Shown: positions 1-12,700, numbered from the stretch's first letter. The stretch is DNA of 64,000 bases from Vicugna vicugna (GCA_013265495.1 MU058444.1:1302001-1366000); one strand, 5' to 3'. The notes: generated by a model from the letters alone, not told the origin. Made by a program: numbers and translations.

Positions 1-230
1 CAAGAGCAAGAGAGCAGAGCTGAAGGTGATGCTGCAGAGAAATGCGATGAAGACGTGATGTGAGGCTTCCCAGAATACATCAGAAATTTTGCTGGCTATC
101 CACTCTGAAAAGCAGTGAGAATTCCCCGAAGGTTGTGAAACAGGAGAACAGCATGATGCTACTTGAAACAGAGGACATCTCCCAAGTAGCTGTAGAAACA
201 GTGGGTTGAAGGTTTGCAAGAGTCTAGTAG
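1..230 (-). mobile_element. LINE L2 fragment
   Basis: Purine-rich sequence resembling the reverse strand of the L2a 3' region; continues at 770-1280. Confidence 0.55.
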
Positions 231-249
231 TTTATTTGAGAGAATGCCG

Positions 250-420
250 TTTTAAAATTGACAGCAATTTACAATGCTAAGTCAGTTTCCAGTGCACAGC
301 CTAATAGTTCAATCATCCATCTACATTCATAGATTCGTTTTCATATTCTTTTTCATTATGGGTTACTACAAGATACTGACTGTAGTTCTCTGTGCTATAT
401 ATAATAGAACCTTGTTGTTT
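250..420 (-). mobile_element. L1 3' end (cetartiodactyl-type)
   Basis: ttttcatattctttttcattatgggttactacaagatactgactgtagttctctgtgctata matches the other L1 3' UTR copies in this window. Confidence 0.85.
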
Positions 421-454
421 ATAAACTGACTCTACTTCAATTAAAAAAATAATC

Positions 455-735
455 CAGGTGCCCTTTTTGGCAGAAATTGGCAAGCTGACCCTGGATTAAT
501 ATGGAAATGCAAGTGACCCAGAGGAGCCCAAGCCCTCTGGAAAAAGAACAAAGTTGGAAAACTCACATTTCCTGTTGGAAACAATCCAATTATCAATAGC
601 GGAATGGCTAAACAAAATGTAGTCGATCCATGAAATAGAGTATTATTCAGCCATAAAAAGGAATGAAGTGTTGATACCTGCTACAACACGGATGAATCTT
701 GAAAACATGCTTAATAAAAAGCCAGACACAAAATA
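455..735 (+). mobile_element. Old L1M ORF2 / 3' fragments
   Basis: Degenerate L1 ORF2 (EIGKLTL..IWKCK.PR..K....KKNKVGKLTFP) followed by tattcagccataaaaaggaatgaagt...gatgaatcttgaaaacat. Confidence 0.8.
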
Positions 736-769
736 TATATATAAAATCAAATAAAATATAATAAAACTG

Positions 770-1280
770 AAAGCAGCAGTAAAGTTGGAAAACCAGGTGG
801 AGCTGAGAAAAATTCAAGACGTAATACTGCAGGACTTTGTGATACTTGGGATATGGGGGAAGGAAGGAGAGGAATTTTGGGTTTGCGCTTCCCGGACTGA
901 ATGAACTGTGCTGGCATTCCCTGTGACAGGAAATCCTCGACACAGTCTGGGGTTGGCAAGGGGAGACCATGAATCCAATTTTGCAGATACTGAGCTTGAA
1001 TTGCTTTTGAGATATCCAAATAATGATGTCTGGTGAGCAGCTGAACATGAGGACTGGAAGTTAAGAGACAGATGTGAACACACATCTGGAAGACATGGGT
1101 CCACAAATGGTCAGGGAAACGGTGAGTGTGGATAAAAGAGTCATGAGGGATCTGAATATTTACCAGACATTTACAGGCCACCGAGCCAGTCCAGTTCCAG
1201 CCTGAAGAAACAGAGAGGCAGGGCTTAGGGAGTAAGGGTGTGTTAAACAGAAACCAAGGAGGGGTGTACTTAGAGCAGGG
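770..1280 (-). mobile_element. LINE L2 fragment
   Basis: gagcttgaattgcttttgagatatccaaataatgatgtctggtgagcagctgaacat resembles the reverse strand of L2a. Confidence 0.7.
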
Positions 1281-1627
1281 GGGCTGCAGAAATGGCTCCT
1301 CTCTTTACAATACACCCAACAGGAATGTGGGTTCACTGTGACAAGGGGCACCAAACTTGGGGATTTCCTACGAACCCATACCCTACATGTGTCTCCCTGC
1401 ACCTCCGCATGCCTGCTGGCCAGGACCAGTGGGACAGGGCTCAGTACTGGAAGAAAAGCCACAGTATTTAGTGGGGTAATTTGCCACCTAGCGCTTGTCT
1501 GGTCCGTGCGTGGGTGGGCCATGAGCGGTCTTACAGACATAAAGGCTTTAAACCTCTTTTCAAGGGAAGAAAGAAGATTCCACAGGCCATTCTGGAGGAC
1601 AGAAGATTTGTAGAGCCAAGAAAAGAC

Positions 1628-1880
1628 TTTGCATGACATTATAATGGCAGACATCTATGTAACTTTTGTCCAAACTAAGGTGAACTGTGGACTTTGGTGA
1701 CTATGATGTGTCAATGGAGGCTCATCTTTAGTTTAAAAAAATGACCACTCTGGTAAATAAAAATAACAATTGCGCACATACGTGTATGTAGGGGTGGGTA
1801 TATGGGAAATTTCTGTACCTTCCTGTCAATTTTGTTGGAAATCTAAAACTGCTCCCCAAAAAAGTCTTAAAATTAAAAAC
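1628..1880 (+). mobile_element. L1MC-type 3' end
   Basis: ggactttggtgactatgatgtgtcaat...gggtatatgggaaatttctgtaccttcc...ctaaaactgctc is characteristic of the L1MC1/2 3' UTR. Confidence 0.8.
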
Positions 1881-1904
1881 AGGAACACTCAGTGTTAGGG
1901 TAGA

Positions 1905-1936
1905 CATTTTGGGCAAGACTTTGGTTTTCAGTTATG

Positions 1937-1972
<36 letters not shown>

Positions 1973-2055
1973 TATATACATATTATATGTGTGTGCTTAT
2001 TGGGTTGTGATGTAAAATGTATTTTTTAGGTCAAAAAAGTTTGCAGGCAACTATA
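1905..2055 (-). mobile_element. hAT-Charlie (Charlie4-like) fragment with internal (TA)n(CA)n
   Basis: gggttgtgatgtaaaatgtatttttt...ggtcaaaaaagtttg terminal motif. Confidence 0.55.
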
Positions 2056-2093
2056 GTTAAGTTACCCTGGCAAATAAAAGCACAAATTAACCT

Positions 2094-2152
2094 AAAAAAA
2101 AAAAAAAGAAGAAGAAGAAGGAGGAGGAGGAGGGGGAGAAGAAGAAGAAAAA
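2094..2152 (+). repeat. poly(A)-(GAA)n-(GGA)n purine tract
   Basis: Directly visible. Confidence 0.9.
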
Positions 2153-3869
2153 GCCAAGGAATGAGATAACTCCAAAGAGTGAAGTATCAGGTGTCAATGC
2201 TGCTGTGAATTCAAGGACAGGAATTAAAACATTACAATTCAACACCATTGGAACTAGAACACACTTATGCATAAAAGGCCATGAGAGCACAGAAAAAAGG
2301 CTAGTAGTAACTCTGGAAGGAGAAAAGAATTGGGCAAAAGAAGTGATATTCACCTGTGTCTAAGGAATGAAATAGGAGTTTCCCAGGTAAATAGTCCAGG
2401 TTTTAAAAGGCAATACTTAGAGAAAGTATAATGATTTCTCCAAAAAGGAACAAAAAGGGCGTTCATTAGGCTGATGAATGTCCGAAGGTCCTATTCCTCA
2501 TATTTCTGGATCCGTCATCCTAGTCATTTTCAATTACCCTGCTTCCACATCCAAACAGGGCAAAGTCGACATCCTCACCTGGCAGCCCAGCCTCTACCAC
2601 TGTCCCCAAAATCCATGGCATAAGAACATGGGGGTGGGGAAAGAAATATTAACACAGCAACAAAGCCATACAGAGTCTCGGACTTGGGGGCTGAGAGGTA
2701 AGGATTCCCGATTATGCAGCAGAATGAATATGGAAATTAAAAGAAAAGTTATGATACCAAGATCAAATCAGAAGGCAGGAAATTTGAAGACAAGTGAACA
2801 TAGAAGATGTTAAAGAATAATTTGCCTTTTCTTATATTGTCAGCAACAGGCTTTAAGTCAGATAATCACGGCCATCTTTGAAGTTACAAGGAGCCAAGCA
2901 ACTTTTAAAGAAGCCACAAATGCTCGACTTCAATTTGTAGAACTAAGATTACAATTTCACCTATTGACACCCTGAATTGAAAATACACTAACTGTAAAAC
3001 TACAGGAAACTGGATACCTAACATTAGAATCGTTGATTTAAAGTCACAAGGTTAAATTATGCTTACCCACTAAAATAATACAATTAATACAAGTTATCAC
3101 TTTGTTCATGATTGCATCAGGAAAAAACATTTTTGCACCCAGCAAATTCAAAACAAAAATGGCTAAACCCTCATAGTGTCCCTCGCTTTGCCCTTGTTTT
3201 AACACTCACTTAACAATTATCACTGTTATTGGAATCTTTGTGAATCTCTACATTTTAAACTCTTTAAAAAGAAGAGTAATTTCTTTATTATGATGTTGTC
3301 TTGATTTACCCGCCATTTCTGGTTGAGAACGCGTTAAACCGCAAGTATGTGGATCTTATTACCTTAACTAATAGTTGTCTTACAATGGGTTTTCAGGAAT
3401 CATATAGGAAGAAATTTGGGTCTGGAATCTCTGTTATTTACCATTTTTTTCCCCAGCTTGGTCAAGTGTGTTGCAGCATAAATACATAACAGATAATTAA
3501 TGACCTAATGGGTGATTTCATCCTGCCTTGTTTCCCTAATCTAGTGTTGGCTTTGTTCCTTTTTCTGCCTCACACTTTGACAAAATTGTCCTCTTCGTCA
3601 CACAGGAATAAGGATGGGAACTGAAAATAAAGGGACTATCCTGCGAGGAGTGCTGGATATTTTATCATGCAGCCCTTCCAAGGGAAAAACAGAGAAGGTA
3701 CAGCTTCCCTCGGGCGACCTGCAAATGGCCAAGGTAGGCGTTTCAGTGCATCTGCTCTGCAAGTTCACAGCACAGAGGTGATGGGAACCCTTCTGAGGGG
3801 TGAGGCCTGACAGGATAGAAACGCCTCAGGAAGGGCCCTGGGGTGGGAGGGGACACAGCACTGGGAGAG

Positions 3870-4385
3870 GAGGCCCGGCGGTGACGGGGAGAGGCCGGCC
3901 GTTGGTGGGCGAGAGGGTGGGCACCCCCTGGGCGCGAGGTGGTACCTGCGCGGGGTCGAGCGCCCCTGCCACTGAATCGCCGATCCAGAGATGCTCCCGG
4001 AGAAGCTGCTGGTAGCTGAGGCAGTGCTTCACCGCGGACGGTACGTTCCCCATGGCGGGGCCCGGGGCTGCAGCCGGCGACAGGGAGGAGCGGGGAGGAG
4101 AGGGACACGGGGCGCGCGCGCGCTGCGGTCCTGCGCCGGCCTCCCGGCGCGCCTAGCCCGGACCCCGCTCTGCGCACTGCGGCTGCGCGAGCGGCGGGGC
4201 GCCCCGGAGGCACCTGCGCGGATGCGCAGCCCCGGGAACCCGGCGGGGAGGCGCGCGCGCCCCGAGAAAGGATGTTCCGGGCGCGGCGCCTTCTCCGCAC
4301 GGCGGTCGGCACGCACGGCTGATCGCGTCTGCGCGCGCCCCTCTTAGACTTCTCACCTGGTTCAGAGCGCCCCGGGGGCGAAAGG
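3870..4385. promoter_or_regulatory. CpG island / promoter of HMGCLL1
   Basis: Very GC- and CpG-rich tract over the ATG exon, with (GC)n runs at 4112-4123 and 4251-4260, in otherwise CpG-depleted AT-rich DNA. Confidence 0.9.
3946..4053 (-). CDS. HMGCLL1: First coding exon of HMG-CoA lyase-like 1 (cytoplasmic/ER HMG-CoA lyase), 36 codons, phase 0 end
   Basis: Translates MGNVPSAVKHCLSYQQLLREHLWIGDSVAGALDPAQ, matching the recalled HMGCLL1 N-terminus (Gly2 myristoylation site). Strong Kozak context CCCGCCATGG; exon ends CAG|GTACCA at 3946/3945; lies in a CpG island. Downstream exons are not seen and presumably lie beyond coordinate 1. Confidence 0.96.
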
Positions 4386-4949
4386 GTTAAGTCTAAATAA
4401 AAGGAAGAGGGCCTGTGTTTTCCTGTCGTGGACAGTTTGCTCATTCCCAGCTACCGCCTTTCCTGCTCAGTGTTGGTTGCGTGGAACTCACTTGAGTTTA
4501 TGCTTCCTGAACAACAAGCTTGATTTTTAAATAGTATGAGGCAGGTTGCAAGGTTTAAAACACGTATATACACCAGTCTAATAAAGAAAATCCAGAAGGT
4601 GGTAAATTAGGGGAGATAGCACACATGGTGAATCAGTAAATTGTCAGTAAGTGGGTACCTCAGGTTAAGCACGGAAATGGAATTAAGTTGCTTAAAGAGA
4701 CACATGGCGCAAAATTACTGAAGTCATAAGGGCTCAAGTCATTCCAGCTGAAAATTGTAAACACATCCTTATGTCATCAGAATAGGACTAGTCTTGGATG
4801 GGGACGGGTTGGGAAGATGGTCCTGGAACAAACCACCTCCCCGCCTCCCGCCCTTCACAAGCACACCTGCAGCCATCCCACTGACCCACTCAAGCAGTCT
4901 TCAGCACCTGCAACTGAACACGCAGTCATCAAGAAAAGCCTTGTACTTA

Positions 4950-5250
4950 ATCTAAAAAAAAGATATAAATGAACTCATTTACAAAACAAAAAGACTCACA
5001 GATTACAGAAAACAAACTTATCATTACCTAAGAGGAAAGGAGGAAGGATAAATGAGGAGTTTGAGATTAGCAGATACAAACTACTATATATAAAATAGAT
5101 AAATGACAAGATCCTTATTGTACAGCACAGGGAACTACATTCCCTAACCTATTATGAAAAAGACTATGTATGTATCTATAACTGAATCCCTACACTGTAC
5201 ATGAGAAAGTAACACAACATTGTAAATCAACTATATTTCAATTAAAAATA
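4950..5250 (+). mobile_element. L1 3' end (cetartiodactyl-type)
   Basis: aatgaactcatttacaaaaca...gtacagcacagggaactac...aacacaacattgtaaatcaactatatttcaatt followed by an A-rich tail. Confidence 0.9.
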
Positions 5251-5317
5251 ACACTCTCAGGGCAAGTGATTAAAGGCCCTCGACCTGTCTCATCTAAGTC
5301 AGATGTGTCTACAGCAC

Positions 5318-5500
5318 CCTTGACATGCGGCTAATTCAAACTGAGATGTGCTGTAGGTGTGAAAAAACTACCAGGCTTCAAAGATTTAGTACCAAAGAGA
5401 ATATAAAATATTTCATTAATCGTATTTTATATTGATTGCATGTTAATAATCATCTTTAGATATATGGGGTTAAATAAAACATACTATTCAAAATTTTAAG
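5318..5500 (+). mobile_element. MER33 (hAT-Charlie) fragment
   Basis: ctgagatgtgctgtaggtgtgaaaa...ttcaaagatttagtac...tatattgattgcatgtt...gggttaaataaaa. Confidence 0.75.
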
Positions 5501-5979
5501 AAAAAGAGTAGCCCTGTGCAGCCACATGTGCATGGCTAGGGTACTTGTCAGCCAGACTGGTTGCTGCAGCAAATATAAATTAGGAGCTGACTGATGCCTA
5601 CATGGTTGCACTACCAGATGAAAGAGTTTTAACCTACCTTGTAAAACATAGTATAAACACACTTAGAAGGAATTTAATACCCAGAATAAACAAAGCATCA
5701 TTAATAACTTGTGAGGATGGTGAGACTTCCACAGAAATAAAGCCATTAAAAGACAGGAAAAAGTAAAGAATGGGAGAGATGATGTGGGTCCTCAGTGGAG
5801 CAGCACTGGAAAGGCAGAGAGGATGGGGGATCTTAGACCTCTTAGATCAAGGATGCTTTACATGGAGGACAGGATCTCAGCTGCGAAAGTGAGGTCATGG
5901 AACAATTGGAAGCCTTTAAACCTCTCTAATGCACCCAAACTTCTGGTTATTCTTTATCTGAATATGACTGTTTCATAGT

Positions 5980-5980
<1 letters not shown>

Positions 5981-6040
<60 letters not shown>
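5981..6040 (+). repeat. (AGAT)15 tetranucleotide microsatellite
   Basis: Perfect 60-bp array. Confidence 0.98.
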
Positions 6041-6502
6041 CGATCTTGATATAGATATATATGGCTAAATCTCTGTTATAAGTTGTTCTCAGCAGAACTC
6101 TGCTGTTAATTGTTTCTCCATCACAGTTGGAACACAGCATAGAGGCTGCATCGATGCCCAGGACCACTGTTCCCTCTCCCTTTTCTAATTCTATAACAGG
6201 GAACTTGGTATCTGAGAGAATTTAAAGGGACCCAATTTGCAAAATGGTAATTTAACAAGGGAACTTTTATCATGGAGTCAGTCGTTCAAAACTTGAATAA
6301 GTCTTGACAGCTAATATTGCAGTCTAAACTTTTGGAGAATGTGACCTCTGAGGTAAGCTAAATATTGTCTGATCCTCTGCTACTAAGACAAAGAACACTT
6401 AGAAATAAACCTTACTGCTTAATAGCTTTCTAAATGGGGAAGGTCTTTCAATCCCCAGTACCTCCATTAAATGAATAAATAAGCCTAATTAACTCCTCCC
6501 AC

Positions 6503-6667
6503 AAAAAAATCATATCTCAATTACTTAACCATAGTAATACAGTTTTTTTAACAGAGAAGCCTTATAAACATGAAAATATTTTTTAAAGAAAGAAAATTTC
6601 ACATCTCAATTAGTCCGCCATGGTAATATAGTCTTTTAACAGAGAAACCTTATTAACATGAAAATAA
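6503..6667 (+). repeat. Diverged tandem duplication, period ~89 bp
   Basis: ca(t/c)atctcaatta...gtaata...ttttaacagagaa(g/a)ccttat(a/t)aacatgaaaata at 6511-6578 and 6600-6666. Confidence 0.85.
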
Positions 6668-7544
6668 TTAGTACAGTTTTATTTTAATGCATTTCATATA
6701 GAAAGTTCTATAATCTCAAAAAGTTAAACTATGATTCCTATAAATACCAAAACCATTAGCAATAGTGCCCATAAAAGGACCGTCTTAAGAACGTTTCATC
6801 TCCTAAATAAAAAAGAATGAAAATAGGTGTGCTTTTCGCTGGACGGTAGTTTGATGTTAAAGCTAATTATGGATACTTAAGATGTATAAATCCAAAAAAG
6901 CTTCAAATTAGAAGTGTGAACCATTAGTACTTGTGTACATATTTCCTGTTTTAATGATAAAGATGAAAATTCTCAATGCATACCCCTCTTGGTGCAAATC
7001 TAAGAGGCTCTAGGTGAAACGAGAACTGATGCAGCACGCCCCTGTGCCAGCCATCAGCTCTCTGTCCCCACGCACCACCAAGGAAATCCGGGCTCCGTCA
7101 GAACAGCCAAGGGATTGCTTGTTAGAAATCAAAAAGCTTGCGGCATATCCTGATGTGCACCCGGTATCACTTCCAGGGCATCCTTGGACTCAGCTGTTTC
7201 TGTGTCACTGCATCTCAATCATTCAAATAAAAGAAGATACCAAAATTCATTGCACACTCAAAGGAACTGCATTGCCTGTTTTCGCTGGTGAATTTAAGTC
7301 ATTTTTATGTTTCATGCCAGAACGTTCAAGTTTACTTGCCTCTCCTTAATTATCCTGGACTCCCTTCTCCTCCTTAGCCTCTTATCCCAAATCTGATCTG
7401 TCAACCAGAGATGTTAGTTACCATCCGGGAACCACCCATCGTCGCTCTCTCTTCTAGGGACCTGTTTCTGCTCTCCTCCTCTTGGAAAGGCACCACCCCA
7501 GTGCAGTGGGGGAAATCTAAGTGCTGGTTAACTATCCGGGATGG

Positions 7545-7736
7545 GAGGAGCCTGGTTCCACCAGTTACCAACCAAGTGACCTTCAGCAAGTTCGTTAGCC
7601 TGCGTTTCTTTTCCATAAGGGGGCAATGATAAAAAGTTCCTACCTGCCAAAGCTGCTGCAAAGATTAAACGAGCCAGAATAAAGTACTCAACACATGGTC
7701 CCTGACACATATTAGACACCCAGTTAATGCTATTGT
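7545..7736 (+). mobile_element. MIR SINE
   Basis: gtgaccttcagcaagtt...aagattaaacgag...cctgacacatattagacacccagttaatgctattg. Confidence 0.75.
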
Positions 7737-10700
7737 TTCTACTGTAGCCTGGTTTTTGGTTTTATTTCGCATTCACAAATCTACACTGTACTGCCTGAGA
7801 AATTTTTGAAAATACATATCTGGTCAATACTTCTAAGCTTAACATTCTTAGAGATTTCCCACAACTTTTGCAGACAAGTTGTTTCCTGAAATGATACTTA
7901 GCTTTTTTTCTTGGTGAGACTCTTAGTTACCTTTCCAACCTCACCTCCTGCTCATTTTCTAAACACATTCTTCACTTTAGAAATATCAAATTATGTGTAA
8001 TTCCCCGAGGTTCAGGCTTTCCCATGCTGTTCTATGATTCTAATCTCTTTCTTTGTTTATAGACACTTTGGGAAATACAGAAGATGCATAAAGGTGTCAA
8101 TGAAGTCACCCACCATTCTAATGCTAGAAATATTTTAATATATTTTCTTTTAGAGAATAAAAAGAAATTAGTATTTTCCTATCCATGCTACTCTGCTCTT
8201 TTTATTTAACATCGATCTAAATTCTTTAAAACTATGATACTAATGACAATGCAATATTACCATATATGTATATAGAAGTCATTTTTCAATAATCTTATGA
8301 AGTGTAGCCTTTTAGTTATTTTTGAAAGGGAAATGGGCAGCTAGACTGTGATCTAGGGAATGTTTGTATAAATATTTACCTAATTAATTTTCCAAAATTA
8401 ACATGGCAGTGGAAATCTTCCACTACAGTTGTACATCTGCCAATTTCTATTTATATTTTTAACCAAGTTTTGCTTTATTTATACAGTTATTTCCTTGGTT
8501 GGTGATTTGCTTGCATAAGCTTATCTTTGGTGAAAGTTTTTTGGTTTGGGTTTTTTTTGTTTGTTTGTTTGTTTGTTATTGGGGGGTAGTTCTATGGGAA
8601 TCTTGTCTGGATAATTGGAATACCCCTGAAGAATGGTTTTACGTTTGCTTGGCCAGAATTTCTAGTGAATTTAGTCTGACAGCTCTAGGATTTATTTTTT
8701 TGTTAACATCTTCGCTTGGGGTACCATAAGCTATTACGAATCTGGAACATAAAACCATGCACAAGGTAACTTGGCTTCAGTTTTCTTGCAGAGATTTAAT
8801 TTCTCACTCACAGACTCGGGTGAACTTTTTCCATTTCTCATTCATGGAACCGCCTTTGGGGCCCCAGTGGCCCATGATCTTGGCTCACTGCACTCCCTAC
8901 CCTCAGAGGGCAATTGATTTAGAAGGAACTTCCCATGTGATTAAAGCCGCGGTCTCTGATTATCAGGACCTGTAAGCTCTTGTGAGCCTCTTGGCAGTAT
9001 TACCCCCCTGGGTATGTCCTTGATGACAGTGTGTGAGGGGAGGGAGAGGTAGATTTCACCGCAGTGGAGTCCTCCATATTTATCAGAATTCTAACTTGAA
9101 AAGTTTTCTGGGATTATAATGTTTCCACGTATTTTTCAATACATTCTGGAATTCCTCTAGCCTTTAAGAAAGTAAAGGTAGAAACCAAGTGATCCTGAAC
9201 TGAACCAAGAACATTCAATTTAACTCAGAGAGCCTGAGACTCTTACAATATAGTTCTGACATCTTGATTAATTAACAAGAGAGAAAACTAGAGCGAAGTC
9301 ACAGATTCGCGTCCTTCTCCTTACCCCTTGCCCATATAAAATGACAGCAATAAATTACAGAGTCGTTCATGGCTTATCTCCTAAGCAAAGCCTCACAAAA
9401 ACAGTGGCAAGTTCCCAGGAGAGAAGGGCCAGTTAAAAGAGGTAATCCTGTGAGTCCCTTTGGTCTCAAACACAGCCATTTAAGGGTTTATAAAATGCCA
9501 GGATGGATAGAATCAGAAGCAAGTGAAAAACCCAAAACTATAATAGTCATAACTGGCAAACTGGCGTGTAGCCACGGTACCTACTGGGCAGGGAACAGAA
9601 ACACGTATGGTGAGTCTCCAACGCTGATGCCATAGAACTTTGGCAAGAATCATGAGCGTAATGTGCTCCAGACTTAAACAATAAAAAAGAAAGAATGAAA
9701 ACAACTTGGTTACTGATACTCGAATGGTACCTAAGGGGGAGGAAAGCTTTCATCATCTCAGTGTTACTGCTGAAAAATTTGGATAACTTCTCACATATGT
9801 TATGTCTGGCTGATCTAAATTGATGGGAAGGATAACAGCGTGTTTAAAAACATTCTTGGCATTTGGTCCCAAAAATCAAAGTTCTGCTAGCAATAGCCTT
9901 GTTCTGAAATAGAGCATTCTTTTGAGAATAAGTAATGAGCTGTATTTTACCAAAGTAGCACCCCACCCCAGGTGATGGATACCTGGCATAAGTTACAGAA
10001 ATCAGAACAAAGCTGCAAACCACATTTCCCCAGATGTAGGCGACTATTTACGCTTTCACGAATTCAAAAGGATCCAAAAGTTTTAAGTCTAGCAACTACA
10101 TTGTAAAATAAAAGATACAGACATGAACTGTTTGTTAACTGTTATTAGTTCAATAGATGGCTGCAGCGCACAGAATTTTTGCCAATAGATAATGTGTCTT
10201 TTTATTACACAACCTTCAGACTCAGACCCTGTTTGAAAAATGTTTTTATCAATCAGTTGATACATTTTGATGGAGTATAGTGAATGTGACCTTAACAGGT
10301 AAATTTTATTAACTCCTATCCGTGGGATGTATCAGCCTTTGACTCTGTATCAAGTAGTGTTGAATGAACAGCAAGTCAACGTCGATTGCAAATACAAAGC
10401 ACTTGGCATTTTGTTTTGCATGTAGTAGGTGATCAATTAATCTTAGTTTCCTATCATTTTCCTTTTTACAAATCAAATCAGTTCACTGTTAAGAATGGAT
10501 ATATTATGTTGCCTCAGTTAGAGGGATCTGTCAAACTCAAATGTAATGACCTTTATAGAGCATTATTTCAATTTACTAAAGAAATTTTGGGGGGGTTGTT
10601 ATTTAATACTCAATAGCTGATGGGAAAATAAAAATGAACAAGTACATATGTCTTCTAGACGTTAAAGATCTCACGTTCCAGTGGCAAAAACTGGAAGAAA

Positions 10701-11196
10701 CGAACTAATTATAAATATTAGATGCCACAGATCTATCTTGGTCAGAAAGTGTAAGATAAGAAAACATTATTTATAGAATTTGCATATTCTTCAAATTTTT
10801 ATTGAGTAATTAACTGCATAGTGAATATAGGACATTGTAAGACCATGGGGAAAGTAATGAATGATAAAGAAGGCAGGCTTTAACACACACAAAAAATTCT
10901 AATTTAAGAGTGAAATATGATGCTGTTCAAATATGTACACCAGAGAAGCATGTTGATAAGGGCCAAGTGATCATATGAGTTGCGAACCATAGAAGAGAAG
11001 GGAGCAGACTCCACGTTTAGTTTGGGGCACAAGAGAAGACATGAGGAAGGGGCCACACTTGGGTGGGTTGGCCAAACCCAGCCTACATGATGGCGTAAGT
11101 CTTAATGTTGTGATTAATCAGCATTATTTGCAGCATTTTGGAAATGTTTTTTGGGCCTTTAAACTGCTCCTTCACCAGATTAGAATAACTTAAATT

Positions 11197-11412
11197 AGAA
11201 TTTCTCAACCTCAGTCCTACTAGTATTTGGGGCCTGATGAGTCTTGGTTGGGGGTCGGGGGGCTGCCCTGTGTAGTGTAGGAATTTTAGCAGAATCCCTG
11301 GCCTCTGCTGTCTAGGTGCCAGTAGTCTTCCCCAAGCTGTGACAACCAAAATTATCTCCAGACACTGCCAAATGTCCCCTGGGAGGCACAAGTCACCAGC
11401 GGTTGAAATGAC
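11197..11412 (-). mobile_element. MER20 (hAT-Charlie)
   Basis: tttctcaacctcag...tgtgacaaccaaaattatctccagacactgccaaatgtcccctggg is the reverse strand of MER20. Confidence 0.9.
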
Positions 11413-11422
11413 GAGGATGTTG

Positions 11423-11650
11423 ATAACGTGACCTTATCATGGGCCAGGAGCTCGTCTAAGTACTTTAAGTGCATATTATCTAATTCACAAGAAAGATTCC
11501 GAGATTCCCACGTTACCGATGAGACAGTCTGAGCACAGAGAATTTAACTAAGTCATTTAGCATCACATGGCTAGTTAGGAAGACAGCTGGGATTCCAACT
11601 CAAACAGTCTAACTTCGGAGTCTGATTGTTAAATTGTCAGATTACAGCTG
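11423..11650 (-). mobile_element. MIR SINE
   Basis: gatgagacagtctgagcacagagaattt...atcacatggctagt...gctgggattccaactc. Confidence 0.7.
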
Positions 11651-12422
11651 CTTTGCTGAAATCACACAAGATAGAATGAAATCCATCAAAATCATGGATC
11701 ATTTGGGGTTTAAGTTCTTTTCCCTTATTTGAAACATTTAAACTTTAGAAAAGGAGGCATTCAGAATCTCTCCAGATAAGTAAGTTTCCTCATTCCCTTA
11801 GTCCTGTTCACTGAGCTGTTGAAATTCTATCAAAGACCAGATTTCCAGGCATAGAGATATAGGAGTCAGGAGTTAGATTCCTGAGATCGCATCCTGACAA
11901 AATCCTAGTCATGAGAATAAGACCCATGAATAGCATAAGTTGCTTGCATATTTTACTAGTTTATAATCATCATTCAAATAGCGAGGATCCATTTATTTTT
12001 ATTATAATTAATTTAGGAGAAAATGGTTAAAATTAGTTTGTAGCATTGATCCTATTCCCTTAGCATTCAAATATCAGTTTTATCTTATTTATTTATAGTA
12101 TTTGTACTACAAATAATAGTCAGCAAAAATTGAATTTCTTTTTCCACCCCTCCATCTGAACTGTGTCTGTTAGAAACACTATTTTTTTACCTGAAATAAA
12201 AACTATCCTACAGCACAATTTATAAAAGTTTTGCTTTTGTGTCTTCACAAAATGTGATTCCTTTGTTGCTCTAAAACCTTCTTTTAATTTATTTCAGGCT
12301 GATGATAAATTGTTAAAAGGAATTTAGTACAGTATCCAATCTACTCAAGCACAATTAATTTATATAATATTAAATACATGGTATATAGTATCTCCTTTCA
12401 AGCTTCTAGAAAAGTTGATTGA

Positions 12423-12700
12423 AATAATAATAATGGCCTATACTTAGACTTCCGCTTATTGATTGCTTTCTATGTGCCATGCATGCACTGTCTTAACAGT
12501 TTTTCGTATGTCAACTCATTTATTCCTCATAACAAGCCCTGAAGGTACTTTTACTGTTTCTATTTTAGTGAAAACTCAAAACCACAGAGAGATTAAAGAT
12601 CTTGATGAAAATCACATAGCTAGGAAATTATTTAGTTGGTTTATAAACCCAAGTACTTTGGCACCAAAACTGTCTTGGTATCACTTACATATACTGCCCT
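12423..12700 (-). mobile_element. MIR SINE
   Basis: tctatgtgcca...aactcatttattcctcataacaagccctg...cacagagagattaaag. Confidence 0.75.

Noticed and set aside
3826..3945. Continuation of the HMGCLL1 ORF (VPPRAQG...)
   Set aside because: Read-through into intron 1 past the GT donor at 3945.
3743..4444. 233-aa ORF and other overlapping ORFs across the CpG island
   Set aside because: Arg/Pro/Ala/Gly-rich frames result from stop scarcity in GC-rich DNA; only 4053-3946 matches a known protein.
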